A stretch of DNA of 64,000 nt from the human T2T-CHM13v2.0 reference genome, Homo sapiens. Below, one piece after another: positions 1 through 12,955 of this stretch (positions within the stretch are counted from its first letter, which is position 1; each line of letters begins with the position of its first letter). The stretch lies in assembly GCF_009914755.1 (NCBI RefSeq), contig NC_060931.1. One strand, 5' to 3'. Both the position numbers and the translations under genes were made by a program. The notes under the pieces are model-generated. The model saw only the letters and a list, made by a program, of their open reading frames with translations. It ran no database searches and was not told where the DNA came from.

Positions 1-554
1 GGCTATCAAAATTAAACTCGACTGTTTCTTTCAAATATCTCAATTTGTCATTTGGATGTGATTTTAAACATACTATTCCCCTCTGTTGCCATTGTAACAG
101 GTTTGGGCCCTCATGGGTGACAGAAAAGTACCAGAGTTCTGGTTCCTCTTTGAACACACATGTTCTCTGGGTTTCGCCTTGCAGCCCAAGAAGAGAGGAG
201 GCTTGGAATCACCACACTTCCCACAGCAAGGTAAATCCGTGCATCAGATAACACTCAGAGCTTGGGAAATCGCCCACAGCAGGGACAGATTACCTCTTAC
301 AGTCACTATGGAGAACAATTCAAATCCTAGCTTTAATGATCCCAGATAGAGCTCTTCTCCTCCCCACCAATGTGACATTTTGCAAACATTTTATATATCA
401 AGGAAATATTTCATTGAAACGCGCTTCTGAGAATGCCTACCAAGCCGGCTCTAGGCATCTTCCAACATTGCAGGGGTCAATTAAAAGAACCAATCAACTG
501 TTTTTTAAAACTTTAAAATATTTTTTAAAATAGGGTTGGGGGAAAGAAAGTGGA

Positions 555-790
555 CAAAAAGTAATGTTAAATAGCATGGAGCATGACTAATGGCGCTAGC
601 ATGTTAAAATCATTGGGAAAATGTCCTTGGAAGACAAATGAATTTTCAGCAGAATAATTAACTTAATTAACAAATTTGCATGCATATTCATCAGGCTATT
701 GAAGTCTTTCCAGCCCAGCTTGATGAGCGCTGGTGTAATAATTGTCTCATTTACATTCTGCAATCTACTACAATTTAGGACATGCAAAAA
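555..790. promoter_or_regulatory. Candidate developmental enhancer / conserved non-coding element (POU + homeodomain motif cluster)
   Basis: TE-free. Contains TAATTA (655-660), TTAATTAA (663-670), octamer ATTTGCAT (674-681) overlapping MORE-like ATGCATATTCAT (680-691), and TGGGAA (614-619). Function is inferred. Confidence 0.45.
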
Positions 791-1749
791 AACCCGACCT
801 CTTCCCTTTGACTTTCTTTAGGAGCCATATACTCCTAAAAACACGGCCTTCACCCTCTCTGTGGCCTTTGGTCCAGGCCTTTTGAGAGAACCCCCAGAGA
901 CAGTTGACTGTGGTTTCCCATCCCCCAGTCTTTCCCTTCTTTCTTCTTTTTATTTTTTTCCTTTTGGCCCAAGTTCTCTGTTTCTGCCTCTGCTTGCTCT
1001 CCTGGGTAAATCTTGGCACCAGTTCTGACTTCAAATCTCTTGGGTCGCCAGACTGCATCATGTAAAAATTGCCATTTCCCTCTATCTCTGCAGGGCAATC
1101 TTTAAAGGCAGTAAGGTGTGACGCTCCAGACTGGCAGCTTGGCAAGACAGAGCCCATGGATACCAGCACACGGGAATCTGGACGGCTCACTCTGACAGCA
1201 GTCAGCACTGGGAACAAAAGGAATGGAGGGAAAAAAGCGCAAATGTATTTTTACATATTGTAGGCATATGGCCACAAGACCAGCAGAAATATATTTAATT
1301 ACCAATTGCACGCATTGAGGAGAAAAACACTGGAAATGGGGGAAAAACTGTATACACAGCAATATTATTCTAATTTAACTTTTCACCTCAGTTTTTTTTT
1401 TCTTTCTTTAATTGAAAATGGAAGGGAATGTGGGTTGGAATCGCAAAGGGTTATCTTCTGGAATTCTATCAAAGGTGATGTGGGATTTTGACATGCCTTC
1501 TTTAACAGCATAACATTATAGAAAGAAATAGGAAAGTTTTCTTTTAGTTATTTTAATTATGAAATAATTTGACCAAGGCGTTTTGGGGGAGTGGGGCAGA
1601 CCGGATTTGAAATATAACAGTTAGACAATCTTACTGTCATGTTAAAACTGTACTTTTGATGTTACACATTAGGCCTCAACAATTAATAACCTAATCTTGA
1701 AAAATTATATTCTTGTTCTTTTCTATGAAAGCAGAATACTTCAACCCCA

Positions 1750-2140
1750 TTTATTGTCAGGTATTGTCCTAGCCAGTGGAGGTACAGAGGTGAATCAGAT
1801 GTCATCCCTGCACTGAAGAAGCATAGCCTAGGCTGGGAGACAAATACACATATATATAATTATAATGTTATACCATTAAATTATTAAATATGTGAAAATT
1901 ATCATTAGCTAAAATCACAATTATAATACACATAATACCATCTATATAAGGCAATGATGTAGCTATATGAATCCAGGGGCCATAGAGGATTGACTCTTAG
2001 TTCAGTCTGGGTGTCAGTCACACTGGAGGACCAGGGAGGAGACCTCTTCCAGGAAAAGCTGATGAAAAGGATCAGTGAGAAAAAGCCCGGGAAGAAGGCA
2101 GTTGCATTTTGCAGAATGAAGGAGTTTGGGCCAGTGTGAG
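1750..2140 (-). mobile_element. L2 LINE fragment
   Basis: Degenerate match to the antisense L2 3' region (ggtacagaggtgaatcagatgtcatccctgcactg...). Confidence 0.55.
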
Positions 2141-2861
2141 CCAGCTCCCTTCCTAGGGTGCCGGCTCAGGGAGTCAGGTAATGGGGCCAGGGAAACGTGT
2201 GCCCACTGACTTGGGAAAGAGAGAGGGGCCCATACCTCCTTCTTGGCAGGAAAGAAAATCACAGCCCCGAAAAAGTAACTTGCCAGGAGCCCCCTTCTTT
2301 GTAGCATTCCTATCACTGACTTCCTGTTAGCCTGGGTCTCCTGTTCTCACCCTGCTCTTTGAAATCCTTGGTGGCCAGTGCCGGCTATGTAGGTGACCTG
2401 TGCTCCCTGGTCCCATGGAGGTTCTGCCCAGCTGACCAGCCTTGCAGTCTGTTTCTGCAGCCCAGATAATGGTTCAGAGGCATGTTAATGTGTGCTTTGC
2501 TTTATGTAGCAAATATCATCTTGAAAAGTTTTTTTGTACATTTACTTTTTTTTTGTAAAGCGACCTACATAATAAAAGCACTAGGGGAGCTGGTTATTTA
2601 AAGGAACCCTGTAGTGAATCTTTTCATAATGTAGAAGCCATTCCTTAATTAATCTTTGTTTTTCATCAGACATACCTGTGCCTCTGTGGCTTTTCTTTTT
2701 TTTTTTTTCTAAGAGGAAGCGGCCTAGGCTATAGTGCCAAGTGCGTGAGACTGAGGGCCAGGGCTTCCAGAGCGCATGCTGAGCTGTTGCTGGCTGCCAC
2801 TGGGTTGAGGATGTGAGCATAACCTTGGGGTCAGTTCTATCTTCTGACAAAGGCACAATCA

Positions 2862-3010
2862 AATGGGCTTAGGTTCAAATCCGGGTTTTACCATCCATCG
2901 ACTTCATTTGGCAATTCACTTGTTTCCTTGAATGTTAGTTCTTTACCCATGTACTGGGTGGTTACATACGTCAAATCAAAAAGTTTCTCCGAGGGCCTGG
3001 CATCATAGCT
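2862..3010 (+). mobile_element. MIR SINE fragment
   Basis: ggttcaaatcc...ggcaattcactt...gggcctggca resembles the MIR core and 3' end. Confidence 0.5.
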
Positions 3011-4278
3011 ATGACTAAGGGTTTGCTTGCCCCCACTCCAATTCTACTCTGCTCCACTCTGCAACAGCCCCTTGGAGCAAGAGCCACAGCTGGACTTGTT
3101 GGGAGGAAATACTTGTTAACTTGGGACCTCCCTGCAACTGTTTCCTCAGAGGAGAGGAAATGCCCACTCTACTCCCCAGGAGGAAGGTGGATAAAAGACA
3201 ATATTTTAGACTATTCTTTACCCCTGGTTACCCATGGTAAAAAGTGATTGATCTTAATAGTAAAGTTTCAGATACAGCCATCTTGGGCAGGTCTGTACAT
3301 TCAAGTATGGTAGTATGGGCTGCCCTCCCCCACCGCCACACCCTCAGACAGGCCCATATGTTTTAAATTGATCCAAATCTGCTCTTTTTTTCCATATCTG
3401 AGCCCACCCCTGTGGCTCTTCAGGAGCTTTTGGTCTGAGCAAGGGTCCCACAGCCTCCCCTGATCCTGTTTCATCAGTTATAAACCTGTTGGAACATTGT
3501 GTCTGCTCAGCTTGCTAGAACTTTTTACCTCCCTATCCTCTAGCTGCTGGGGAGGGCAGACACCTGCTTGGCACCACACATGCTTTCCGGTCATCTGGTC
3601 ACCTGTGGGCCTGCAGCTAGGGTGGTGGTTGTGGCTGGAGCTTAGAGCCACATCCAGTGAGGGTCACAGAGCTCCTCAGAGAAGTGCTGGGAGTGAGACT
3701 CCAACCCGCCCCAGCACTGAGGTGGGGTTGAGGGATGTGGCTGAATGACCAAGGGGATGGCCATAGACTCTATCCAGGAAGAGAAATCCCAAGGGCAGGC
3801 AGGTTAACCTGTCCCCACAAACTCATGTCCAGGCCCTGGGGTTCCCAACCCTGACTGATGAGAACCGACAGCTATACCCTTTTGGTTGGCATTTCTGAGA
3901 ATTGCGTGGACAATTCTCTTCTCTTTTCTTACTGAAGGAAGGACAGATATAGAGGTGGTTCTAACTCTGGTGCTGGTATATTTGTGACTATCACTGGGAT
4001 CATATTACCAGAGTAAGTTTGACCAATTTGGAGAATTGGCCTTGGAGAGGTCAACACTTAAGAGAAAGGCCAAGGCCATGGCCTGGCTCAAATGGATCCC
4101 ATTTCTTGCACATGAGTTACACTGACTCAGTTATTGGAGAGCCCTCTTGTGCTTGGGTAGGAATTTGAAATGTTGAAGTAGTCATGGGTTAGGGACCTGC
4201 TGCTAATGACCCTCCTGTAACCCAAACTTAAGATACTTCTGGAAAATAGACTACATCAGAAGACTTCTAAGGTCCCTC

Positions 4279-4570
4279 ATTCACTCATTCATCTATTCTT
4301 TTATCTGGGATTTATCAGGGACCTACCATGTACCAGGTTCTATACCACCTGTTGGAGAAACAATGGTGAATGAGTCCCTGCACTTCCAAGGCTTGCAGTC
4401 CAGTAGTAGAGAGGCAAGTGAAGACAATTAACTCGGTATGAGAAGCACAAAAGATAGATAGGGGAGCACAGACCAGGGACAGCACACCCAGTTTAGAGGG
4501 ACTGGGAAACATTTCTGGAGAAAATGATCAGTAATGTTAGGTGTTTTTGTCCAGGAAAGGCTGAGGGGGG
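4279..4570 (-). mobile_element. L2 LINE 3' fragment
   Basis: cattcactcattcat...acctaccatgtaccagg...gtccctgcacttccaaggcttgcagtccagt matches the antisense L2 3' end. Confidence 0.65.
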
Positions 4571-4835
4571 TGACAACACCCTTCCAAGAAGGCTTGCACT
4601 GTGAACAACACTGAAGTGACTTGCCCAGGGGCACTCTATAAGTAGCAGAGCCTGGATTGTTCAAAAGTGAAACCCTACGTTCTTAGTCACGTTGCTCCAC
4701 TGTCAATATTGAAATGATTATTCAAGAGGCCCAACTATTGATTATAAACAATAGTGCATTGCAGATCTGGCTGCTTTCTTGGCCATGTGGGGCTTTGAGC
4801 TCTAGCCCCTAAATCAGCAGAGAAAACACAATCCA

Positions 4836-5124
4836 GCCACAGATGGTGGCTCACACCTGTAATCCTAGCACTTTGGGAGGCTAAGGCGGGTGGATCACCT
4901 GAGGTCAGGAGTTCGACACCAGCCTGGCCAACATGGTGAAACCCGTCTCTACTAAAAATACAAAAAAATTAGCTGAGCGTTGTGGCAGGCACCTGTAAGT
5001 CTCAGCTACTTGGGAGGCTGAGGCAGGAGAATCGCTTGAACCCAAGAGACAGAAGTTGAAGTGAGCAGAGATTGCACCACTGCACTCTAGTCTGGGTGAC
5101 AGAGTGAGACTCTGAAAAAAAAAA
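4836..5124 (+). mobile_element. AluS (Sx-like) SINE
   Basis: Full dimeric Alu. A 15-bp TSD agaaaacacaatcca lies at 4821-4835 and 5396-5410. Confidence 0.95.
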
Positions 5125-5312
5125 GAAGGAAGAAAGGAAGGAAGGGAGAAAGGAAAGAGAGAAAAGAAAGAAAGAAAAAGAAAGAGGGAAGAAAGAAAAA
5201 GAAAGGAAAGAAAAAGAAAGAAAAGAAAAAGAAAGAAAAAAGAAAGAAAAAGAAAGAAAGAAAAAGAAAGGAAGAAAGAAAGGAAGAAGAGAAGAAAGGA
5301 AGAAAGAAAGGA

Positions 5313-5364
<52 letters not shown>

Positions 5365-5401
5365 AAAAGAAAGAAAGAAAGAGAAAGAAAGAAAAAGAAA
5401 A
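5114..5401 (+). repeat. Pure-purine (GAAA)n/(GGAA)n/(AAAAG)n compound microsatellite in the Alu tail
   Basis: About 288 nt with no pyrimidine, enclosed by the Alu TSDs. Confidence 0.95.
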
Positions 5402-5718
5402 CACAATCCAAACTATTGAGTAGTCAGGGGAGTTAGGCAGGAACAATACCGATGTTGTCTGGACCCTGAATAACATATTCCAAACAACTTTCTCATTGCC
5501 TAAGTAAGTCGAAAGTACTGTTTTGCAATTTGGTTGCAGTGTGCAAGTTTGGTTGATTTCATGTGTCTTAAAGAATTATGCTCTGTAGACACCATGTGAT
5601 TACTTTTTAAAGTGAAGTGAAGTAAGAGTGATACTTAATATCACAGTATTAGGGCAATGCCTTTATAAATTAGATGCCTACTTTAAAATTTATAAAATTG
5701 TGGCACCAAATATATGTA

Positions 5719-6056
5719 CAGTCAACCTGCTGTATCTGGAGGTTCCACGTCTGTGGATTCAACTAATCATGGATTGAAAACATTTTTACAAGATGGCTGG
5801 TCATGTCTGTCCTGAACATGTATGAAATTTTTTATTGTTATTCCCTAAACAATATAGTATAGCAACTATTTACATAACATTTACACTGTATTAGGCATTA
5901 CAAATAATTTAGAGATGATTTAAAGTATACAGGAGGTTGTGCATAGGTTGTATGCAAATACCATGCCATTATACATGAGAGACTTAAGCATCTGTGGAGT
6001 TTGATATTAGCAGTAGGTCCTGGAATCAATCCTCCAGTGATACTAAGGGATAACTG
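5719..6056 (-). mobile_element. MER2 (TcMar-Tigger non-autonomous DNA transposon)
   Basis: CAGT...ACTG termini with TA target duplication (5717-18, 6057-58). Internal tagagatgatttaaagtatacaggagg...tatgcaaatac matches antisense MER2. Confidence 0.85.
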
Positions 6057-7446
6057 TATATTCATATTCTGTCTCCTGGAAAGATATAAAATGTCTCACA
6101 ACAAAAGTAATTTTTTTTAAAAATTAAGATTCAAGGAAGTAACACTAGGAAGTTCAATTTGAATGGAATATACATAAAATTTATTTCTGGGTTCCCTGGG
6201 AGCCAAAGCAAAAAGGGAAACATGAAAAAAATGCATAATTTTTTTTTATCAAAAAGGAGAAAGCAGATTCACTCCCCCTGGAAAAAAAAGTGTTTGCAAA
6301 GACAAAAATTCTAAAAATAGTAATTTAACATAGACTTAACCTTTGGAAGAAAGAAGAAACAATTCAAGGTGTTTGTAATGTAATGGATTATCATATAATC
6401 AAGAACTATGATGAAATAGAGAACACTCTTTCCTTTAAACCTAGAACAGAGAAAGAATTCCTATCAGAGAACTATTAATGGAAAGTCAGAACCACTAGGC
6501 TCTGATGTGCAGATCTAGGTTCAAAATGCAGCGCTTATTTATCTATTTAGTTATGTGTTTATGAGGCAACTATTTGTTGATTACCTAGTCTGTGCCATTC
6601 ATGTTTCTAGGGCTGTGATGGAGTGATGAAAAAGAAAAAGTCCCTGCTCATAATTCACATAATGACTCCAGCACATTAATATAAAATTTTACAGTTTTAA
6701 TTGTCACATGATGTGTGATGGATGAATTATGAGTTAATCAACTTACATGATACTTTATGGTTTGCAAAATGTTTTCACACATCATTACAACCCAAATCTC
6801 CTTGCAGAAGCATGGGGACATTCTAGACATAGCTCAACATTCAAATTTGGACTAATGCTCCTGGTTAAGGAGTCTTGATATATCATGAAAGTATTGGTTG
6901 TGCTTATATTTTTCCATTAAAAAGGATATGCTTAAGAGCCCATTTCAGTAATTAGGAAGAAAGTTAGCTAGCAAATGCCACAAGAGACTTTAACATACCT
7001 TGATGTGCTTAAGAGTTGAACATTGCACTCAGTGACACTTAGTTTAATGAATATCACAATTTTCTTCACATCCCATGAAGCATTGCAGGACTTTTGGCAA
7101 AATGTGAGGTCCTTCTGCTAGGCACAGCTAGGAAATACTAATAACTGTTAAATGAGAACCTCTTGTTCCTATCTTAAGGCAATGACATCATTCATATGGT
7201 TCACTCAGCCTCTCAGGCCTTTTATTCTCCTCCTTCAGCATGCCTATTGCATACAATAGGTAAAGAATTCTCCTTCTTTTCCAGTTAATTAACCCACCTG
7301 CTAATAATACTCTTCTGTCCTTGATTGATTCAGAGCAACCTCCAGCTGTCAGCCTCCTATCTAGTCAGAAGCTTTTGATGATGAAAATGGAGTCCATAAG
7401 AAAGAAATGGGCTACAAATATTAAGTGCAGGCAGGCAAGGTGCAAG

Positions 7447-7549
7447 TAGGGTGATATCTTATCCCAGTTTGCCCAGAATTTTATGCTTTTAGTGCTGAAG
7501 ATCCCAAGTCCTGGGAACCCACTAAATAGGACTAGGAATTGTTCCCCTA
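7447..7549 (+). mobile_element. MER81-like hAT-Blackjack MITE
   Basis: tagggtga...ttttagtgctgaagatcccaagtcctgggaaccc...cccta with degenerate TIRs. Confidence 0.6.
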
Positions 7550-7619
7550 AGTGCAGGGAATCATCTCTATAGTCAAACAGCAACAAATGAGTAAACATGA
7601 GGGGGCAGGTAACAGCAGA

Positions 7620-8042
7620 TGTTTTAGTTTGGATTCCTCCAATAGCAGGCTCTAAGTCTAGGATTCCATGCAAGTGGTTTACTGGGAGATGATCCTAGGA
7701 AACAGTGGTAGGGGAGAAGAGAAATGAGATAGGAAAGCAATTGCCACTGTGGGCATCTGGAACCTATTCCTACTGAGAAACACTGAGAGTAGTGCAATAC
7801 ATGTGCCTTTGAGCCATGCTGCCTGAGGGGAATTGGAGTTGGGGTAACTACCAGTTGTTAGTTGAAGTCTGTTCTTAGTGGTGGAGGCGGAGTTTGCTAA
7901 TTGTGCCTGCTGAGCCTATGGGCAGAGTGGACCTCAATTTTCCGAGAAAGTTCTCCAACCAAAAGATGCAGATGCTGCAGGTAGAAGCTGTGCTATATTG
8001 CACACTGAAATGGTAAGGTAGGACAGTGATGATGCTGTTACA
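7620..8042 (-). mobile_element. LTR16-family (ERVL) solo LTR
   Basis: ggattccatgcaagtggtttactgggagatgatcctaggaaac...ccactgtgggcatctgga matches antisense LTR16. Confidence 0.6.
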
Positions 8043-9256
8043 ATGGGTCTACATTGTTTTCCAGGTCAACTCATTCTACAGCACTGACTGGCTAACTCTT
8101 CCCTGTGTGGACACAGCTTCTTTGGTAATATAAGAAAAAAACATGTGTGCTAGATATGGGGGAGAGTAAGGATTTGAGTGGATATTTGAAAGGCAGATGA
8201 GTTTGATGCCTTGGAATCATGCCTAATATATGTTCTTTTCATTCGTGATTATCATATAGCCAAACTATAGATATGTGGGATTAGTAGTCTCCAATAAGGC
8301 CACTTCCAAGTAGTCTTCCAAGTAGCCTTCAATCATACCACTTCAGGCATTAATTCTATTAGTCTGAATGATTTGGGCAGATGAGACTTTTGAACACCAC
8401 TTGGTCTTACCATGGCTTATGAGGCCTCATTATCATAAAAAGTAGACTTGTTCTTTCACTTATATCTTTCTCTGAGCCATTATAAACCATTTTATTATTT
8501 CTGTCTTTGAGCTGAACAAAGTTGTCTCTCAGGTCTCCTATAGAAATATCTAGAACATGACCTCCTTCTGAAGTTTGTAATGTATTCAGAGTGGAATGCG
8601 ATGGTAAGCTGTGCACCTGGGTATACAAGCAAGGTACTTGGAGTTGATGGGTGAGCTACATTCAGCCTCATTCAGCCCTGAAGACCAAGATTGTTCATCT
8701 TCCAGCTGACCTGACAAGCACCTCTGCCAAATAGAGATTATTGAATCTGGATAGACGCTGAAGAGTCAATCAGATTGTTGTTCAAGGAGTTTAGCAAAGA
8801 CAATTGGTGAACAGAAGCCATATGTAATTAAAAGCCTCACTGTAGGGAGAGACCAGTGTGAGAATTGCTTGGTTGTGGTGGAGAGATCTTAGGCACAAAT
8901 GCAGAGCAGTTGTGTGGAGCTGTGGTCATGACAGACGGTCTTTGGAATGAGAAGCAATGTTTCCCTGCCATGGAGAGGAAAAGGAAACCAGGTGGCTCAA
9001 CCTGGCTTGTGTCTTAAAAGTCAACCCAGCATCTATGAGTCTGCCTCTGAAGCTATTGGGACACTCTTCTGTATTCTTCAGTTCCCACGTGCAGCCTTAT
9101 GAGAAATAGTTAATTGTCTCCACCAACCCGAAATAACCCAACTAACGTATCTTTTAAGTATTTGAAATCACCACTCACCTGTCTCTGACTTAGGCTAAAC
9201 AATTTTAATTCCATTATTTTTTATTTTTACCATTTAAACATTAGTTTAATTTTAAT

Positions 9257-9555
9257 TTTTTTTTTTCGGAGATGGGGTCTTACTCTGTCGCCCAGGGCTG
9301 GAGTGCAGTTGCACATGGCTCACTGCAGCCTCAACCTCCTGTGTTTAAGCGATCCTCCCTACCTCTAGCCTCCTGAGAAGCTGGGACCACAGGCATGTGC
9401 CAGCATGCCCTGCTAATTTTTACTTTTTTATTTTTGTAGAGATGCAGCCTCCTTATGTTGCCCAGGGCTGGTCTCAAACTCCTGGGCTCAAGTGATTCTC
9501 CTGCCTCGGCCTCCCAAAGTGCTGGGATTATAGGCATGAGCCACTGCACCTGGCC
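9257..9555 (-). mobile_element. AluJ SINE
   Basis: Antisense Alu with J diagnostics (cactgcagcctcaacctcc, ctcctgggctcaag). Confidence 0.92.
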
Positions 9556-9624
9556 TTATTTTGAATTTGAAGACTTATACATTCAATTCAGCCTCTTCAA
9601 GTCCTCCTACCTAGGAGGCACTGG

Positions 9625-9810
9625 GGAGTAGACTAGCATGAGATATGAGACTTAGGGTCAGAAATACATAGATTCCAAGCTTGGCCCAGCAGTCCACTTT
9701 AAATGTGCATATGGGCAAGCTACTTAACTTCTCTGAAGCTTAAATGAGAATTATATTTATAATTAACAATATTATTATTACCCCCACAAAAAATAAGATA
9801 CGTGAAAATC
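9625..9810 (+). mobile_element. MIR SINE
   Basis: gggcaagctacttaacttctctga matches the MIR core. Confidence 0.6.
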
Positions 9811-10294
9811 TTTTTCTCTACCCTTCCTTGCCCTCAGATATATTCTATGAAAGACTGAGATTTGTTATCTTATAAAATAGAATCTAATAAAGAAAATAAA
9901 AGAGTAGGAATTAAAAACATGATAAATGGAGAATAATAAGTGAAGAAAGCCAATATTATTTGAGCTACAAACTTAATAGTGAGCTTCTTGGAAATGAACA
10001 AAAGCAAAATGCAATAGTCACATCCTACTCTAATAAAATGAAATATAAAATTTTATAAAGTAAGAAATATGATTTTTAGTTTACCTGTAATGTGAATTGT
10101 TACATTGGTTCTGTTTTAAGAGACATTGAAACAGACAGCAGAAATTTTATAGTAGACAGAGAAAGGACCTCTGTATCCTATTTCTTTTATTAACTGCAAA
10201 TTAAAAGCTATGCATGTAGAGTTGTGTTGGAGGTTTCTTGAAGGTATTTTCATAGACAGATGAGAGAAGATATAGCCAAGGTAGCCAAGACATG

Positions 10295-10636
<342 letters not shown>

Positions 10637-10734
10637 TAATAAAAGTGAATAAATGTAGCAACACAGCATGAAGGATCTAGAGTAATTGTTTATGTCCTTT
10701 CTCTGTTTTCAAATATGAATTGCCTTGGTTTATT

Positions 10735-11220
10735 TTCATATTGCACTAGCTTCCTAACTGGTCTCCTTGCTGCAATCTTGCATGCCGTGAGTCTTTTCTC
10801 TATGAGGCAGCCAGGACAATATTTCTATTTTGTTGTGTCACTTGCTGGTTTTAAGCTATTTCTACGGTCCACTCCTAAATTCTTGAAGTTTTTCAGATAT
10901 GCCATGTAGTTCCCCCTTTGCACATTCTCCTTTTCCTGGAATACCATCGCTATTGTCAACTAGATTGCCAGGTTAATATAATCCTTTGGAAGTCAGATCA
11001 GACATCGCTACTTCTAGAAAAACTTAACCACCCCAACCTTGTCTGAATTTGTTTCCTCTCCTCTGTGTTCTTAAGCATTCTACTACACAGTATTGTTATT
11101 TTGTATTTACCTGTCTATAAGTCAGAGGCACCATTGTCAGATCTTCATCAAGCCTTCTGTGTTGGCAGAGTCCTGTTATATAGGAGGGGCTTAATACATA
11201 TTTCTTAAGTGAGCGAATGA
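10735..11220 (+). mobile_element. L2 LINE 3' region
   Basis: cttcctaactggtctcc...ttttcctggaatacc...cttaatacatatttcttaagtgagcgaatga. Confidence 0.6.
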
Positions 11221-11579
11221 CTTAGTAGGAGCTGGCTTTCAAACCAATAGTCAATGTCATGTTAATAACCAATGAACATTTTCCCAAAGTATGTTTCAGA
11301 AAACACTGCTTCTGAGAAATATTATAGGTGTCCTGGACAGAACACTTCCATAGTTAAGGAAGTAGAAAATGCTGCATGTTCTATCTCTCCAAAAAGTCGC
11401 TATTTTCATTAGAATATTAAAGGCTCTGGCATGTTTTTCAATTAATAAACTTATTTACTATATATTTTTCTTACTTTTGTGTGTGTGTGATTGTGTAGTA
11501 CCTGTTGGAACTAATTACTTACGACAAAAACAGCTTGAAAAACCTTGCTCTGCAGGCTTTACTTAAAATTCGGAAATCA

Positions 11580-11886
11580 GATCAAGCACTGTAGCTCAAG
11601 TGCCTGTAATCCCAGCACTTTAGGGGGCCAAGGTGAGAGGATCACTTGAGGCCAGGAGCTTGAGACCAGCTTGGGCAACATAGCAAGGCTCCATCTCTAC
11701 AAAACATAAATTAGCCAAGTGTGGTAGCACACACCTGTACTCCCAGCCACTCTGGAGGCTGAGGTGGGAGGATTTCCTGAGCTCAGGGGTTCGAGGCTGC
11801 AATGAACCATGACTGTACCACTGCACTCCAGTCTGGGTGACGGAGCCAGACCCTGCTTCTGAAAAACAAACGAACAAAAACATAAA
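11580..11886 (+). mobile_element. AluJ SINE
   Basis: Diverged full Alu with J diagnostics (ggcaacatagcaagg, ttcgaggctgcaatga). Confidence 0.92.
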
Positions 11887-12376
11887 AGATCTATAAGTTA
11901 GAGAGATTATATTTCTGAATGAGACTATTCAATACTGTAGTCGGCTATATGACGATATTGATTGAACACAATGATATTCAAAATCTCAGCTTGGAACTTA
12001 AGTATTTCTTAGGTTTGGTTGGAAGAAAAATGGATGAAAGCAACCAAGAAAAAGCAATAAAGAAGAGCAATTTGAGGAAACAGCAATGTCAATTATTTAA
12101 ATATTAAAGCCAAAATTCTTGAAACTATACTATATATGCAAGAATAACTCAAGAGATATTAATGGCATTGTTATGCCTAAAGACATAAGGTAAAATAAAG
12201 GTAGAATCTCACATAAATGTAAGAATGGGGGCTGCTACTGCAGAAATTGGGTAATAATTTTTTAAAATTAAATTCTATGTCTCATTTCATGCTGTATACA
12301 ATTTCCATGTAGATTAAAATTTTAAACGTTAAAGAAGCAAAACATAGGAGAATTAAGAGCAATGTAGATACTTCAC

Positions 12377-12955
12377 TTTTACACTAATAGACTTTGTTTT
12401 TTAGAGCAATTTTAGGTTTACAAAAAAATTGCACAGAAAGTACAGATAATTCCCATATACCCTCTTTTCCTCCCACAGTTTTCTCTATTATTAACATCTT
12501 GCATTAGTATGATAAGTTTGTTATTGACGAACCAATCTTGATGCATTATTATTAACTAAAGTCTATAGTTCACGTTTTGTGTTCACTCTTTGGGGTATAT
12601 GGTTACATGGGTTTTGACAAATGCGTAATGTAACTACCTTTACAGCATCCTACAGAGCAGTTTCAGTGCCCTAAAAATCCTTTGTGTTTCACCTATTCAT
12701 CCCTCCATTCCACCCCTTCGAGCCTCTGGCAACCACTTACCTTTGAACTGCCCCTATAGTTTTGGCTTTCCTGGAATGCCATATAGTTGGAATTTTATAG
12801 TGTGTAGCTTTTTCAGATTGCCTTTCTTCACTTAGCAATACCTATTTAATATTCATCCATGTTTTCTCATGGCTCGATAGCTTATTTCTTTTGCTGGATA
12901 ATCCATTGTATGGATGTGCCACAGTTTTTTTTTTAACCCATTTACCTAGTAAAGA
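12377..12955 (-). mobile_element. Old L1 3' end (L1MC/L1MD type)
   Basis: taatagactttgttttttagagcaattttaggtttac...aactaaagtctatag...cttagcaata matches an antisense L1M 3' UTR. Confidence 0.75.

Noticed and set aside
4905-5476. Three long Phe/Leu/Ser-rich minus-strand ORFs
   Set aside because: They are translations of the (TTTC)n microsatellite plus antisense Alu, and are stop-free only because of low complexity.
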